This document shows positions 1 to 15,000 of a DNA stretch of 64,000 bases, piece by piece. A program made the translations under genes and the position numbers. How positions within the stretch are numbered: position 1 is the first letter of the stretch; each line of letters begins with the position of its first letter. This stretch comes from Antedon mediterranea. Lineage: Eukaryota > Animalia > Echinodermata. The stretch is from positions 12,174,101-12,238,100 of the forward strand of contig NC_092677.1 of NCBI RefSeq assembly GCF_964355755.1. The letters run 5' to 3'. The notes under the pieces were generated by a model. That model worked only from the letters and a program-made list of their open reading frames with translations, did no database searches and had not been told where the DNA came from.

Positions 1-3000
1 CAGGTCTGAACATAATTTTTAAAAGTGGTCCAGAATTGGGACCGTGGTCCAGATTTTAACCTAAATTGGGCAGTGTCGTCCTTGCACCAGGTGACATGTA
101 TGGTAGTAATTTGGAGTCATTCGAATCAAAACTGTGAGCGCTAGAGTGATGACAAACAAACAAACAAACAAACAAACACACACACAAACCGCACCAATCA
201 ACATACTTGGCCAATTTTCAATTTGGCCAAGTAACAAACTAGCCTTCGCGCATAGCGCGATACTTGGCCAAATCAAAATTGGCCTCCTGACATTGACCCA
301 AATTTGCACCAAAAGTGTGTGTCTTATGCTGTGTGATTTAGGCTAATTTCATTACTATCATGTACACGAGTTTGGTGTACAGGTTATGTAACCAGCCTTT
401 CAACGAACAATAGCTTCAGTCGGCTAACAATAGAACACCAACGCGAAAAACACACGGGTGAATTTGAAAAGAAATAGGTTTTGTAAACTACTCGCATCAA
501 AAAACCTCTAAATTAAATCTAATTAAGTTTTAAAATTACAAATCACAAATTATAACTCTTGCCTCTTGTACAAAAATGGAGTTTTTTGAATAAGTAGTTC
601 GCGAGAAAATGCAATTTAGGTACTTGTTAATTTAAGACTGCTCACCGGCTTTTGATAATTCTGTCCTATCTTTTAACACTAGCAGGTCTAAAAATAATTT
701 TTAAAAGTGGCCCAGAATTGGAACCGTGGTCCAGATTTTAACCAAAATTGGGCAGTGTCGTCCTTGCACCAGGTGACATGTATGGTAGTAATTTGGAGTC
801 ATTCGACCCAAAACTGTGAGCGCTAGAGTCGAGTGATGACAAACAAACAAACAAACTAGCCTTCGCGCATAGCGCGATACTTGGCCAAATCAAAATTGGC
901 CTCCTAAACAAACTTGACTTTGACCGATTTTAACCCAATCAAAGTTCAGTATATGTCATAAACCTCCCATGTAACATGAAAATAGAGACATAATTTCTCT
1001 AGATGTAATTATAAATTAGCCGTATAATTTATATACTAAGAAATATACTTGAACAAAAAAGACGAATAATAAAAAAAAAATCTCATTTCGTTTCATTTCC
1101 CAAGGTGAGACTCGATCTCGGTAACTTAAATGCTGTAGACACCAGCACAGACCACCGAGCCATACACAACTGACTAACATTCGAAGAAAGATTCCTATGT
1201 GTATTTACCATTGTGAGCGATAGAGCGATGACAAACACACACACAAACCGAACAATAGAACAGCAACGCGAAAAACACACTGGTGAATTTGAAGAGAAAT
1301 AGGTTTTGTAAACTACTCGCATCAAAAAACCTGTACATTAAATCTAATTATGTTTTAAAATTACAAATCACAAATTATAACACTTGCCTCTTGTACAAAA
1401 ATGAAGTATTTTGGACAAGTAGTTCTCGAGAAAATGCAATTTTAGTAGTTTACTTGTTAATTTAAGACTGCTCACCGGATTTTGATAATTCTGTCCAATC
1501 TTTTAACACTAGCAGGTCTGAACATAATTTTTAAAAGTGGTCCAGAATTGGGACCGTGGTCCAGATTTTAACCAAAATTGGGCAGTGTCGTCCTTGCACC
1601 AGGTGACATGTATGGTATTAATTTGGAGTCATTCGCATCAAAACTGTGAGCGCTAGAGTGATGACAAACAAACAAACAAACAAACAGACAAACAAACAAA
1701 CAAACAAACTAGCCTTCGCGCATAGTGCGATACTTGGCCAAATCAAAATTGGCCTCCTGACAATGACCCAATTTTCACCAAAAGTGTGTGTCTTTTGCTG
1801 TGTGATTTAGGCTAATTTCACTACAATCATGTGTATACGAGTTTGGTGTACAGGTTATGTAACCAGCCTTTCAACGAACAATACCTTCAGTCGGCTAACA
1901 ATAGAACAGCAACGCGAAAAACACACAGGTGAATTTGAAAAGAAATAGGTGGTCCGGATTTTTACCAAAAGTGTGTGTCTTAATGCTGTGTGATTTAAGC
2001 TAATTATACTACAATCCTGTGTATACGAGTTTGGTGTACAGGTTATGTAACCAGCCTTTCAACGAACAATAGCTTCAGTCGGCTAACAATAGAACAGCAA
2101 CGCGAAAAACACATGGGTGAATTTGAAAAGAAATAGATTTTGTAAACTACTCGCATCAAAAAACCTCTACATTAAATCTAATTAAGTATTAAAATTACAA
2201 ATCACAAATTATAACTCTTGCCTCTTGTACAAAAATGAAGTTTTTTGGACTAGTAGTTCTCGAGAAAATGTAATTTAAGTTTACTTGTTAATTTAAGACT
2301 GCTCACCGGCTTTTGATAATTCTGTCCTATCTTTTAACACTAGCAGGTATGAAAATAATTTTTTAAAGTGGCCCAGAATTGGAACCGTGGTCCGGATTTT
2401 AACCAAAATTGGGCGGTGTCGTCCTTGCACCAGGTGACATGTATGGTAGTAATTTGGAGTCATTCGAATGAAAACTGTGAGCGCTAGAGTGATGACAAAC
2501 AAACAAACAAACAAACAAACAAACAAACAAACAAACAAACAAACACACACACAAACCAAACAGATCAACATACTTGGCCAATTTTCAATTTGGCCAAGTA
2601 ACAAACACACACACAAACCAAACAGATCAACATACTTGGCCAATTTTCAATTTGGCCAAGTAACAAACAAACTAGCCTTCGCGCATAGCGCGATACTTGG
2701 CCAAATCAAAATTGGCCTCCTGACCATGACACAATTTTCGCCAAAAGTGTGTGTCTTATGCTGTGTGATTTAGGCTAATTTCACTACAATCATGTGTATA
2801 CGAGTTTGGTGTACAGGTTATGTAACCAGCCTTTCAACGAACAATAGCTTCAGTCGGCTAACAATAGAACAGCAACGCGAAAAACACACGGGTGAATTTG
2901 AAAAGAAATAAACAATTTAAGTTTACTTGTTAATTTAAGACTGCTCACCGGCTTTTGACAATTCTGTCCTATCTTTTAACACTAGCAGGTCTGAAAATAA

Positions 3001-6000
3001 TTTTTAAAAGTGGTCCAGAATTGGGACCATGGTCCGGATTTTAACCAAAATTGGGCAGTGTCGTCCTTGCACCAGGTGACATGTATGGTAGTAATTTGGA
3101 GTCATTCGAATCAAAACTGTGAGCGCTAGAGTGATGACAAACAAACAAACAAACAAACAGACAAACAAACAAACTAGCCTTCGCGCATAGCGCGATACTT
3201 GGCCAAATAAAAATTGGCCTCCTGACATTGACCCAATTTTCACCAAAAGTGTATGTCTTATGCTGTGTGATTTAGGCTAATTTCACTACAATCATGTGTA
3301 TACGAGTTTGGTGTACAGGTTATGTAACCAGCCTTTCAACGAACAATAGCTTCAGTCGGCTAACAATAGAACACCAACGCTAAAAACACACGGGTGAATT
3401 TGAAAAGAAATAGGTTTTGTAAACTACTCGCATCAAAAAACCTCTATATTAAATCTAATTTAGTTTTAAAATTACAAATCACAAATTATAACACTTGCCT
3501 CTTGTACAAAAATGAAGTTTTTTGGACAAGTAGTTCCCGAGAAAATGCAATTTAAGTACTTGTTAATTTAAGACTGCTCACCGGCTTTTATAATTCTGTC
3601 CTATCTTTTAACACTAGCAGGTCTGAAAATAATTTTTAAAAGTGGCCCAGAATTGGAACAGTGGTCCGGATTTTAACCAAAATTGGGCGGTGTCTTCCTT
3701 GCACCAGGTGACATGTCTGGTAGTAATTTGGAGTCATTCGAATCAAAACTGTGAGCGCTAGAGTGATGACAAACAAACAAACAAACAAACAAACAAACAC
3801 ACAAACCAAACAGATCAACATACTTGGCCAATTTTCAATTTGGCCAAGTAACAAACAAACAAACTAGCCTTCGCGCATAGCGCGATACTTGGCCAAATCA
3901 AAATTGGCCTCCTGACCATGACACGATTTTTGCCAAAAGTGTGTGTCTTATGCTGTGTGATTTAGGCTAATTTCACTACAATCATGTGTATACGAGTTTG
4001 GTGTACAAATGTAACCAGCATTTCAACGAACTTCAGTCGGCTAACAATAGAACAGCAACGCGAAAAACACACGGGTGAATTTGAAGAGAAATAGGTTTTG
4101 TAAACTACTCGCATCAAAAAACCTGTATATTAAATCAATTTATGTTTTAAAATAACAATTCACAAATAATAACTCTTGCCTCTTGTACAAAAATGAAGTT
4201 TTTTGGAGAAGTAGTTCTCGAGAAAATGCAATTTTAGTTTACTTGTTAATTTAAGACTGCTCACCGGCCTTTGATAATTCTGTCCTTTCTTTTAACACTA
4301 GCAGGTCTGAAAGTAATTTTTAAAAGTGGTCCAGTATTGGGACCGTGGTCCGGATTTTAACCAAAATTGGGCAGTGTCCTCCTTGCACCAGGTGACATGT
4401 ATGGTAGAAATTTGGAGTCATTCGAACCAAAACTGTGAGGGCTAGAGTGATGACAAACAAACAAATAAACAAACAAACTAGCCTTCGCGCATAGCGCGAT
4501 ACTTGGCCAAATCAAAATTGGCCTCCTGACATTGACCCAATTTGCACCAAAAGTGTGTGTCTTATGCTGTGTGATTTAGGCTAATTTCACTACTATCATG
4601 TGTATACGAGTTTGGTGTACAGGTTATGTAACCAGCCTTTCAACGAACAATAGCTTCAGTCGGCTAACAATAAACAGCAACGCGAAAAACACACTGGTGA
4701 ATTTGAAGAGAAATAGGTTTTGTAAACTACTCGCATCAAAAAACCTGTATATTAAATCAATTTATGTTTTAAAATTACAAATCACCAATTATAACTCTTG
4801 CCTCTTGTACAAAAATGAAGTTTTTTGGAGAAGTAGTTCTCGAGAAAATGCAATTTTAGTTTACTTGTTAATTTAAGACTGCTCACCGGCCTTTGATAAT
4901 TCTGTCCTTTCTTTTAACACTAGCAGGTCTGAAAATAATTTTTAAAAGTGGTGCAGAATTGGGACCGTGGTCCGGATTTTAACCAAAATTGGGCAGTGTC
5001 CTCCTTGCACCAGGTGACATGTATGGTAGAAATTTGGAGTCATTCGAACCAAAACTGTGAGCGCTAGAGTGATGACAAACAAACAAACAAACAAACATAC
5101 AAACTAGCCTTCGCGCATAGCGCGATACTTGGCCAAATCAAAATTGGCCTCCTGACATTGACCCAAATTTCACCAGAAGTGTGTGTCTTATGCTGTGTGA
5201 TTTAGGCTAATTTCACTACAATCATGTGTCTACGAGTTTGGTGTACAGGTTATGTAACCAGCCTTTCAACGAACAATAGCTTCAGTCGGCTAACAATAGA
5301 ACCTCAACGCGAAAAACACACGGGTGAATTTGAAAAGAAATAGGTTTTGTAAACTACTCGCATAAAAAAACCTCTATATTAAATCTAATTTAGTTTTAAA
5401 ATTACAAATCACAAATTATAACACTTGCCTCTTGTATAAAAATGAAGTTTTTTGGACAAGTAGTTCCCGAGAAAATGCAATTTAAGTACTTGTTAATTTA
5501 AGACTGCTCACCGGCTTTTTATAATTCTGTCCTATCTTTTAACACTAGCAGGTCTGAAAATAATTTTTAAAAGTGGCCCAGAATTGGAACCGTGGTCCAG
5601 ATTTTAACCAAAATTGGGCAGTGTCGTCCTTGCACCAGGTGACATGTATGGTAGTAATTTGGAGTCATTCGAACCAAAACTGTGAGCGCTAGAGTGATGA
5701 CAAACAAACAAACAAACAAACAAACAAACAAACACACACACAAACCAAACAGATCAACATACTTGGCCAATTTTCAATTTGGCCAAGTAACAAACAAACA
5801 AACTAGCCTTCGCGCATAGCGCGATACTTGGCCAAATCAAAATTGGCCTCCTGACATTGACCCAATTTTCACCAAAAGTGTATGTCTTATGCTGTGTAAT
5901 TTAGGCTAATTTCACTACAATCATGTGTATACGAGTTTGGTGTACAGGTTATGTAACTAGCCTTTCAACGAACAATAGCTTCAGTCGGGTAACAATAGAA

Positions 6001-9000
6001 CACCAACGCTAAAAACACACGGGTGAATTTGAAAAGAAATAGGTTTTGTAAACTACTCGCATCAAAAAACCTCTATATTAAATCTAATTTAGTTTTAAAA
6101 TTACAAATCACAAATTATAACACTTGCCTCTTGTACAAAAATGAAGTTTTTTGGACAAGTAGTTCCCGAGAAAATGCAATTTAAGTGATTGTTAATTTAA
6201 GACTGCTCACCGGCTTTTTATAATTCTGTCCTATCTTTTAACACTAGCAGGTCTGAAAGTAATTTTTAAAAGTGGTCCAGAATTAAGACCGTGGTCCGGA
6301 TTTTAACTAAAATTGGGCAGTGTCGTCCTTGCACCAGGTGACATGTATGGTAGAAATTTGGAGTCATTCGAACCAAAACTGTGAGCGCTAGAGTGATGAC
6401 AAACAAACAAACAAACAAACAAACTAGCCTTCGCGCATAGCGCGATACTTGGCCAAATCAAAATTGGCCTCCTGACATTGACCCAATTTTCACCAAAAGT
6501 GTGTGTCTTATGCTGTGTGATTTAGGCTAATTTCACTACAATCATGTGTATAGAGTTTGGTGTACAGGTTATGTAACCAGCCTTTGAACGAACAAAGGTC
6601 TGCTAACAATAGAACAGCAACGCAAAAAACACACGGGTTAATTTGAAAAGAAATAGGTTTTGTAAACTACTCGCATCAAAAAACCTCTTTATTAAATCTA
6701 ATTCAGTTTTAAAATTACAAATCACAAATTATAACTCTTGCCTCTTGTAAAAAAATGAAGTTTTTTGGACAAGTAGTTCTCGAGAAAATGTAATTTAAGT
6801 TTACTTGTTAATTTAAGACTGCTCACCGGCTTTTGATAATTCTGTCCTATCTTTTAACACTAGCAGGTCTGAAAATAATTTTTAAAAATGGTCCAGAATT
6901 GGGACCGTGGTCTGGATTTTAACCAAAATTGGACAGTGTCGTCCTTGCACCAGGTGACATGTATGGTAGTAATTTGGAGTCATTCGAATCAAAATTGTGA
7001 GCGCTAGAGTGATGACAAACAAACAAACACACACACACACACACACAAACCGCACCAATCAACATACTTGGCCAATTTTCAATTTGGCCAAGTAACTAGC
7101 CTTCGCGCATAGCGCGATACTTGGCCAAATCAAAATTGGCCTCCTGACATTGACCCAATTTTCACCAAAAGTGTGTGTCTTATGCTGTGTGATTTAGGCT
7201 AATTTCACTACAATCATGTGTATACGAGTTTGGTGTACAGGTTATGTAACCAGCCTTTCAACGAACAATAGCTTCAGTCTGCTAACAATAGAACACCAAC
7301 GCGAAAAACACACCGGTGAATTTGAAAAGAAATAGGTTTTGTAAACTACTCGCATCAAAAAACCTCTTTATTAAATCTAATTCAGTTTTAAAATTACAAA
7401 TCAAAAATTATAACTCTTGCCTCTTGTACAAAAATGAAGTTTTTTGGACAAGTAGTTCCCGAGAAAATGCAATTTAAGTTTACTTGTTAATTTAAGACTG
7501 CTTACCGGCTTTTGATAATTCTGTCCTATCTTTTAACACTAGCAGGTCTGAAAATAATTTTTAAAAGTGGTCCAGAATTGGGACCGTGGTCCGGATTTCA
7601 ACCAAAATTGGGCAGTGTCGTCCTTGCACCAGGTGACATGTATGGTAGTAATTTGGAGTCATTCGAATCTAAACTGTGAGCGCTAGAGTGATGACAAACA
7701 AACAAACAAACAAACAAACAAACAAACTAGCCTTCGCGCATAGCGCGATACTTGGCCAAATCAAAATTGGCCTCCTGACATTGACCCAATTTGCACCAAA
7801 AGTGTGTGTCTTATGCTGTGTGATTTAGGCTAATTTCACTACAAATGTGTATACGTGTTTGGTGTACAGGTTATGTAACCAGCCTTTCAACAAACAATAG
7901 CTTCAGTCGGCTAACAATAGAACAGCAACGCGAAAAACACACGGGTGAATTTGAAAAGAAATAGGTTTTGTAAATTACTCGCATTAAAAAACCTATATAT
8001 TAAATCTAATTCAGTTTTAAAATTACAAATCACAAATTATAACTCTTGCCTCTTGTACAAAAATGAAGTTTTTTGGACAAGTAGTTCCCGAGAAAATGCA
8101 ATTTAAGTTTACTTGTTAATTTAAGACTGCTCACCGGCTTTTGATAATTCTGTCCTATCTTTTAACACTAGCAGGTCTGAAAATAATTTTTAAAAGTGGT
8201 CCAGAATTGGGACCGTGGTCCGGATTTTAACCAAAATTGGACAGTGTCGTCCTTGCACCAGGTGACATGTATGGTAGTAATTTGGAGTCATTCGAATCAA
8301 AATTGTGAGCGCTAGAGTGATGACAAACAAACAAACACACACACACACACACAAACCGCACCAATCAACATACTTGGCCAATTTTCAATTTGGCCAAGTA
8401 ACAAACAAACACACAAACCAAACAGATCAACATACTTGGCCAATTTTCAATTTGGCCAAGTAACAAACAAACTAGCCTTCGCGCATAGCGCGATACTTGG
8501 CCAAATCAAAATTGGCCTCCTAAACAAACTTGACTTTGACCGATTTTAACCCGATCAAAGTTCAGTATATGTCATAAACCTCCCATGTAACATGAAAATA
8601 GAGACATAATTTCTCTAGATTTAATTATAAATCAGCCGTATAATTTATATACTAAAAAATATACTTGAACAAACAATAAAAAAGATTTAATTATAAATCA
8701 GCCGTATAATTTATATACTAAGAAATATACTTGAACAAACAATAAAAAAAAAATCTGATTTCGTTTCATTTCCCAAGGTGAGACTCGATCTCGGTAACTT
8801 AAATGCTGTAGACACCAGCACAGACCACCGAGCCATACACAACTGACTAACATTCGAAGAAAGATTCCTATGTGTATTTACCATTGTGAGCGATAGAGCG
8901 ATGACAAACACACACACAAACCGAACAATAGAACAGCAACGCGAAAAACACACTGGTGAATTTGAAGAGAAATAGGTTTTGTAAACTACTCGCATCAAAA

Positions 9001-12000
9001 AACCTGTACATTAAATCTAATTATGTTTTAAAATTACAAATCACAAATTATAACACTTGCCTCTTGTACAAAAATGAAGTATTTTGGACAAGTAGTTCCC
9101 GAGAAAATGCAATTTAAGTAATTGTTAATTTAAGACTGCTCACCGGCTTTTTATAATTCTGTCCTATCTTTTAACACTAGCAGGTCTGAAAGTAATTTTT
9201 AAAAGTGGTCCAGAATTGGGACCGTGGTCCGGATTTTAACTAAAATTGGGCAGTGTCGTCCTTGCACCAGGTGACATGTATGGTAGAAATTTGGAGTCAT
9301 TCGAACCAAAACTGTGAGCGCTAGAGTGATGACAAACAAACAAACAAACAAACAAACAAACAAACAAACAAACAAACAAACACACACACAAACCGCACCA
9401 ATCAACATACTTGGCCAATTTTCAATTTGGCCAAGTAACAAACTAGCCTTCGCGCATAGCGCGATACTTGGCCAAATCAAAATTGGCCTCCTGACATTGA
9501 CCCAATTTGCACCGAAAGTGTGTGTCTTATGCTGTGTGATTTAGGCTAATTTCACTACTATCATGTGTATACGAGTTTGGTGTACAGGTTATGTAACCAG
9601 CCTTTCAACGAACAATAGCTTCAGTCGGCTAACAATAAACAGCAACGCGAAAAACACACTAGTGAATTTGAAGAGAAATAGGTTTTGTAAACTACTCGCA
9701 TCAAAAAACCTGTATATTAAATCAATTTATGTTTTAAAATTACAAATCACCAATTATAACTCTTGCCTCTTGTACAAAAATGAAGTTTTTTGGAGAAGTA
9801 ATTCTCGAGAAAATGCAATTTTAGTTTACTTGTTAATTTAAGACTGCTCACCGGCCTTTGATAATTCTGTCCTTTCTTTTAACACTAGCAGGTCTGAAAA
9901 TAATTTTTAAAAGTGGTCCAGAATATGGACCGTGGTCCGGATTTTAACCAAAATTGGGCAGTGTCGTCCTTGCAGAAGGTGACATGTATGGTAGTAATTT
10001 GGAGTCATTCGAACCAAAACTGTAAGCGCTAGAGTGATGACAAACAAACAAACAAACAAACATACAAACTAGCCTTCGCGCATAGCGCGATACTTGGCCA
10101 AATCAAAATTGGCCTCCTGACATTTACCAAATTTTCACCAAAAGTGTATGTCTTATGCTGTGTGATTTAGGCTAATTTCACTACAATCATATGTATACGA
10201 GTTTGGTGTACAGGTTATGTAACCAGCCTTTCAACGAACAATAGCTTCAGTCGGCTAACAATAGAACAGCAACGCGAAAAACACACGGGTGAATTTGAAA
10301 AGAAATAGGTTTTGTAAACTACTCGCATCAAAAAACCTCTATATTAAATCTAATTTAGTTTTAAAATTACAAATCACAAATTATAACACTTGCTTCTTGT
10401 ACAAAAATGAAGTTTTTTGGACAAGTAGTTCCCGAGAAAATGCAATTTAAGTACTTGTTAATTTAAGACTGCTCACCGGCTTTTTATAATTCTGTCCTAT
10501 CTTTTAACACTAGCAGGTCTGAAAATAATTGTTAAAAGTGGCCCAGAATTGGAACCGTGATCCAGATTTTAACCAAAATTGGGCAGTGTCGTCCTTGCAC
10601 CAGGTGACATGTATGGTAGTAATTTGGAGTCATTCGAACTAAAACTGTGAGCGCTAGAGTGATGACAAACAAACAAACAAACAAACAAACAAACTAGCCC
10701 TCGCGCATAGCGCGATACTTGGCCAAATCAAAATTGGCCTCCTGACATTGACCCAATTTTCACCAAAAGTGTGTGTCTTATGCTGTGTGATTTAGGCTAA
10801 TTTCACTACAATCATGTGTATACGAGTTTGGTGTACAGGTTATGTAACCAGCCTTTCAACGAACAATAGCTTCAGTCTGCTAACAATAGAACAGCAACGC
10901 GAAAAACACACGGGTGAATTTGAAAAGAAATAGGTTTTGTAAACTACTCCCATAAAAAAACCTCGTTATTAAATCTAATTCAGTTTTAAAATTACAAATC
11001 ACAAATTATAACTCTTGCCTCTTGTACAATAATGAAGTTTTTTGGACAAGTAGTTCTCGAGAAAATGCAATTTAAGTTTACTTGTTAATTTCAGACTGCT
11101 CACCGGCTTTTGATAATTCTGTCCTATCTTTTAACACTAGCAGGTCTGAACATAATTTTTAAAAGTGGTCCAGAATTGGGACCGTGGTCCAGATTTTAAC
11201 TAAAATTGGGCAGTGTCGTCCTTGCACCAGGTGACATGTATGGTAGTAATTTGGAGTCATTCAAATCAAAACTGTGAGCGCTAGAGTGATGACAAACAAA
11301 CAAACAAACAAACAGACAAACTAGCCTTCGCGCATAGCGCGATACTTGGCCAAATCAAAATTGGCCTCCTAAACACACTTGACCTTGACCGATTTTAACC
11401 CGATCCAAGTTCAGTATATGTCATAAACCTCCCTTGTAACAAAAAATAGAGACATAATTTCTCTACATTTAATTATAAATCAGCCGTATAATTTATATAC
11501 TAAGAAATATACTTGAACAAACAATACGAATAATAAAAAAAAAATCTAATTTCGTTTCATTTCCCAAGGTGAGACTCGATCTCGGCATGGATCTCGGTAA
11601 CTTAAATGCTGTAGACACCAGCACAGACCACCGAGCCATACACAACTGGCTAACATTTGAAGAAAGATTCCTATGTGTATTTACCATTGTGAGCGATAGA
11701 GTGATTATACACACACACAAACCGAACAATAGAACAGCACGCGAAAAAAATACACGGGTGAATTTGAATAGAAATATGTATTTAAAACTATTCGCATCAA
11801 AAAACCTGTACCTTAAATCTAATTATGTTTTAAAATTACAAATCACAAATTATAACACTTGCCTCTTGTACAAAAATGAAGTTTTTTTGACTAGTAGTTC
11901 TCGAGAAAATGCAATTTTAGTTTACTTGTTAATTTAGAACTGCTCACCGGCTTTTGATAATTCTGTCCTATCTTTTAACACTAGCAGGTCTGAAAATAAT

Positions 12001-15000
12001 TTTTTAAAGTGGTCCAGAATTGGGACCGTGGTCCGGATTTTAACCAAAATTGGGCAGTGTCGTCCTTGCACTAGGTGACATGTATGGTAGTAATTTTGAG
12101 TCATTCGAATCAAAATTGTGAGTGCTAGAGTGATGACAAACAAACAAACACACACACACACAAACCGCACCAATCAACATACTTGGCCAATTTTCAATTT
12201 GGCCAAGTAACAAACAAACAAACACACACACAAACCAAACAGATCAACATACTTGGCCAATTTTCAATTTGGCCAAGTAACAAACTAGCCTTCGCGCATA
12301 GCGCGATACTTGGCCAAATCAAAATTGGCCTCCTAAACAAACTTGACTTTGACAGATTTTAACCCGATCAAAGTTCAGTATATGTCATAAACCTCCCATG
12401 TAACATGAAAATAGAGACATAATTTCTCTAGATTTAATTATAAATCAACCGTATAATTTATATACTAAGAAATATACTTGAACAAACAATAAAAAAAAAT
12501 CTGATTTCGTTTCATTTCCCAAGGTGAGACTCGATCTCGGTAACTTAAATGCTGCAGACACCAGCACAGACCACCGAGCCATACACAACTGACTAACATC
12601 TGAAGAAAGATTCCTATGTGTATTTACCATTGTGAGCGATAGAGCGATGACAAACACACACACAAACCGATCCGAACAATAGAACAGCAATGCGAAAAAC
12701 ACACTGGTGAATTTGAAGAGAAATAGGTTTTTGTAAACTACTCGCATCAAAAAACCTGTACATTAAATCTAATTATGTTTTAAAATTACAAATCACAAAT
12801 TATAACACTTGCCCCTTGTACAAAAATGAAGTTTTTTGGACAAGTAGTTCTCGAGAAAATGCAATTTCAGTAGTTTACTTGTTAATTTAAGACTGCTCAC
12901 CGGATTTTGATAATTCTGTCCTATCTTTTAACACTAGCAGGTCTGAAAATAATTTTTAAAAGTGGTCCAGAATTGGGACCGTGGTCCAGATTTTAACCAA
13001 AATTGGGCAGTGTCGTCCTTGCACCAGGTAACATGTATGGTAGTAATTTGGAGTCATTCGAATCAAAACTGTGAGCGCTAGAGTGATGACAAACAAACAA
13101 ACAAACTAGCCTTCGCGCATAGCGCGATACTTGACCAAATCAAAATTGGCCTCCTGACATTGACCCAATTTTTACCAAAAGTGTGTGTCTTATGCTATGT
13201 GATTTAGGCTAATTTCACTACAATCATGTGTATACCAGTTTGGCGTACAGGTTATGTAACCAGCCTTTCAACGAACAATAGCTTCAGTCTGCTAACAATA
13301 GAACAGCAACGCGAAAAACACACGGGTGAATTTGAAAAGAAATGGGTTTTGTAAACTACTCGCATCAAAAAACCTCTATATTAAATCTAATTCAGTTTTA
13401 AAATTACAAATCACAAATTATAACTCTTGCCTCTTGTACAAAAATGAAGTTTTTTGGACAAGTAGTTCCCGAGAAAATGCAATTTAAGTTTACATGTTAA
13501 TTTAAGACTGCTCACCGGCTTTTGATAATTCTGTCCTATCTTTTAACACTAGCAGGTCTGAAAATAATTGTTAAAAGTGGCCCAGAATTGGAACCGTGGT
13601 CCAGATTTTAACCAAAATTGGGCAGTGTCGTCCTTGCACCAGGTGACATGTATGGTAGTAATTTGGAGTCATTCGAATCAAAATTGTGAGCGCTAGAGTG
13701 ATGACAAACAAACAAACACACACACACACAAACCGCACCAATCAACATACTTGGCCAATTTTCAATTTGGCCAAGTAACAAACAAACACACAAACCAAAC
13801 AGATCAACATACTTGGCCAATTTTCAATTTGGCCAAGTAACAAACAAACAAACAAACAAACACACACACAAACCAAACAGATCAACATACTTGGCCAATT
13901 TTCAATTTGGCCAAGTAACAAACTAGCCTTCGCGCATAGCGCGATACTTGGCCAAATCAAAATTGGCCTCCTAAACAAACTTGACTTTGACAGATTTTAA
14001 CCCGATCAAAGTTCAGTATATGTCATAAACCTCCCATGTAACATGAAAATAGAGACATAATTTCTCTAGATTTAATTATAAATCAACCGTATAATTTATA
14101 TACTAAGAAATATACTTGAACAAACAATAAAAAAAAATCTGATTTCGTTTCATTTCCCAAGGTGAGACTCGATCTCGGTAACTTAAATGCTGCAGACACC
14201 AGCACAGACCACCGAGCCATACACAACTGACTAACATCTGAAGAAAGATTCCTATGTGTATTTACCATTGTGAGCGATAGAGCGATGACAAACACACACA
14301 CAAACCGATCCGAACAATAGAACAGCAATGCGAAAAACACACTGGTGAATTTGAAGAGAAATAGGTTTTTGTAAACTACTCGCATCAAAAAACCTGTACA
14401 TTAAATCTAATTATGTTTTAAAATTACAAATCACAAATTATAACACTTGCCCCTTGTACAAAAATGAAGTTTTTTGGACAAGTAGTTCTCGAGAAAATGC
14501 AATTTCAGTAGTTTACTTGTTAATTTAAGACTGCTCACCGGATTTTGATAATTCTGTCCTATCTTTTAACACTAGCAGGTCTGAAAATAATTTTTAAAAG
14601 TGGTCCAGAATTGGGACCGTGGTCCAGATTTTAACCAAAATTGGGCAGTGTCGTCCTTGCACCAGGTAACATGTATGGTAGTAATTTGGAGTCATTCGAA
14701 TCAAAACTGTGAGCGCTAGAGTGATGACAAACAAACAAACAAACTAGCCTTCGCGCATAGCGCGATACTTGACCAAATCAAAATTGGCCTCCTGACATTG
14801 ACCCAATTTTCACCAAAAGTGTGTGTCTTATGCTATGTGATTTAGGCTAATTTCACTACAATCATGTGTATACCAGTTTGGCGTACAGGTTATGTAACCA
14901 GCCTTTCAACGAACAATAGCTTCAGTCTGCTAACAATAGAACAGCAACGCGAAAAACACACGGGTGAATTTGAAAAGAAATGGGTTTTGTAAACTACTCG

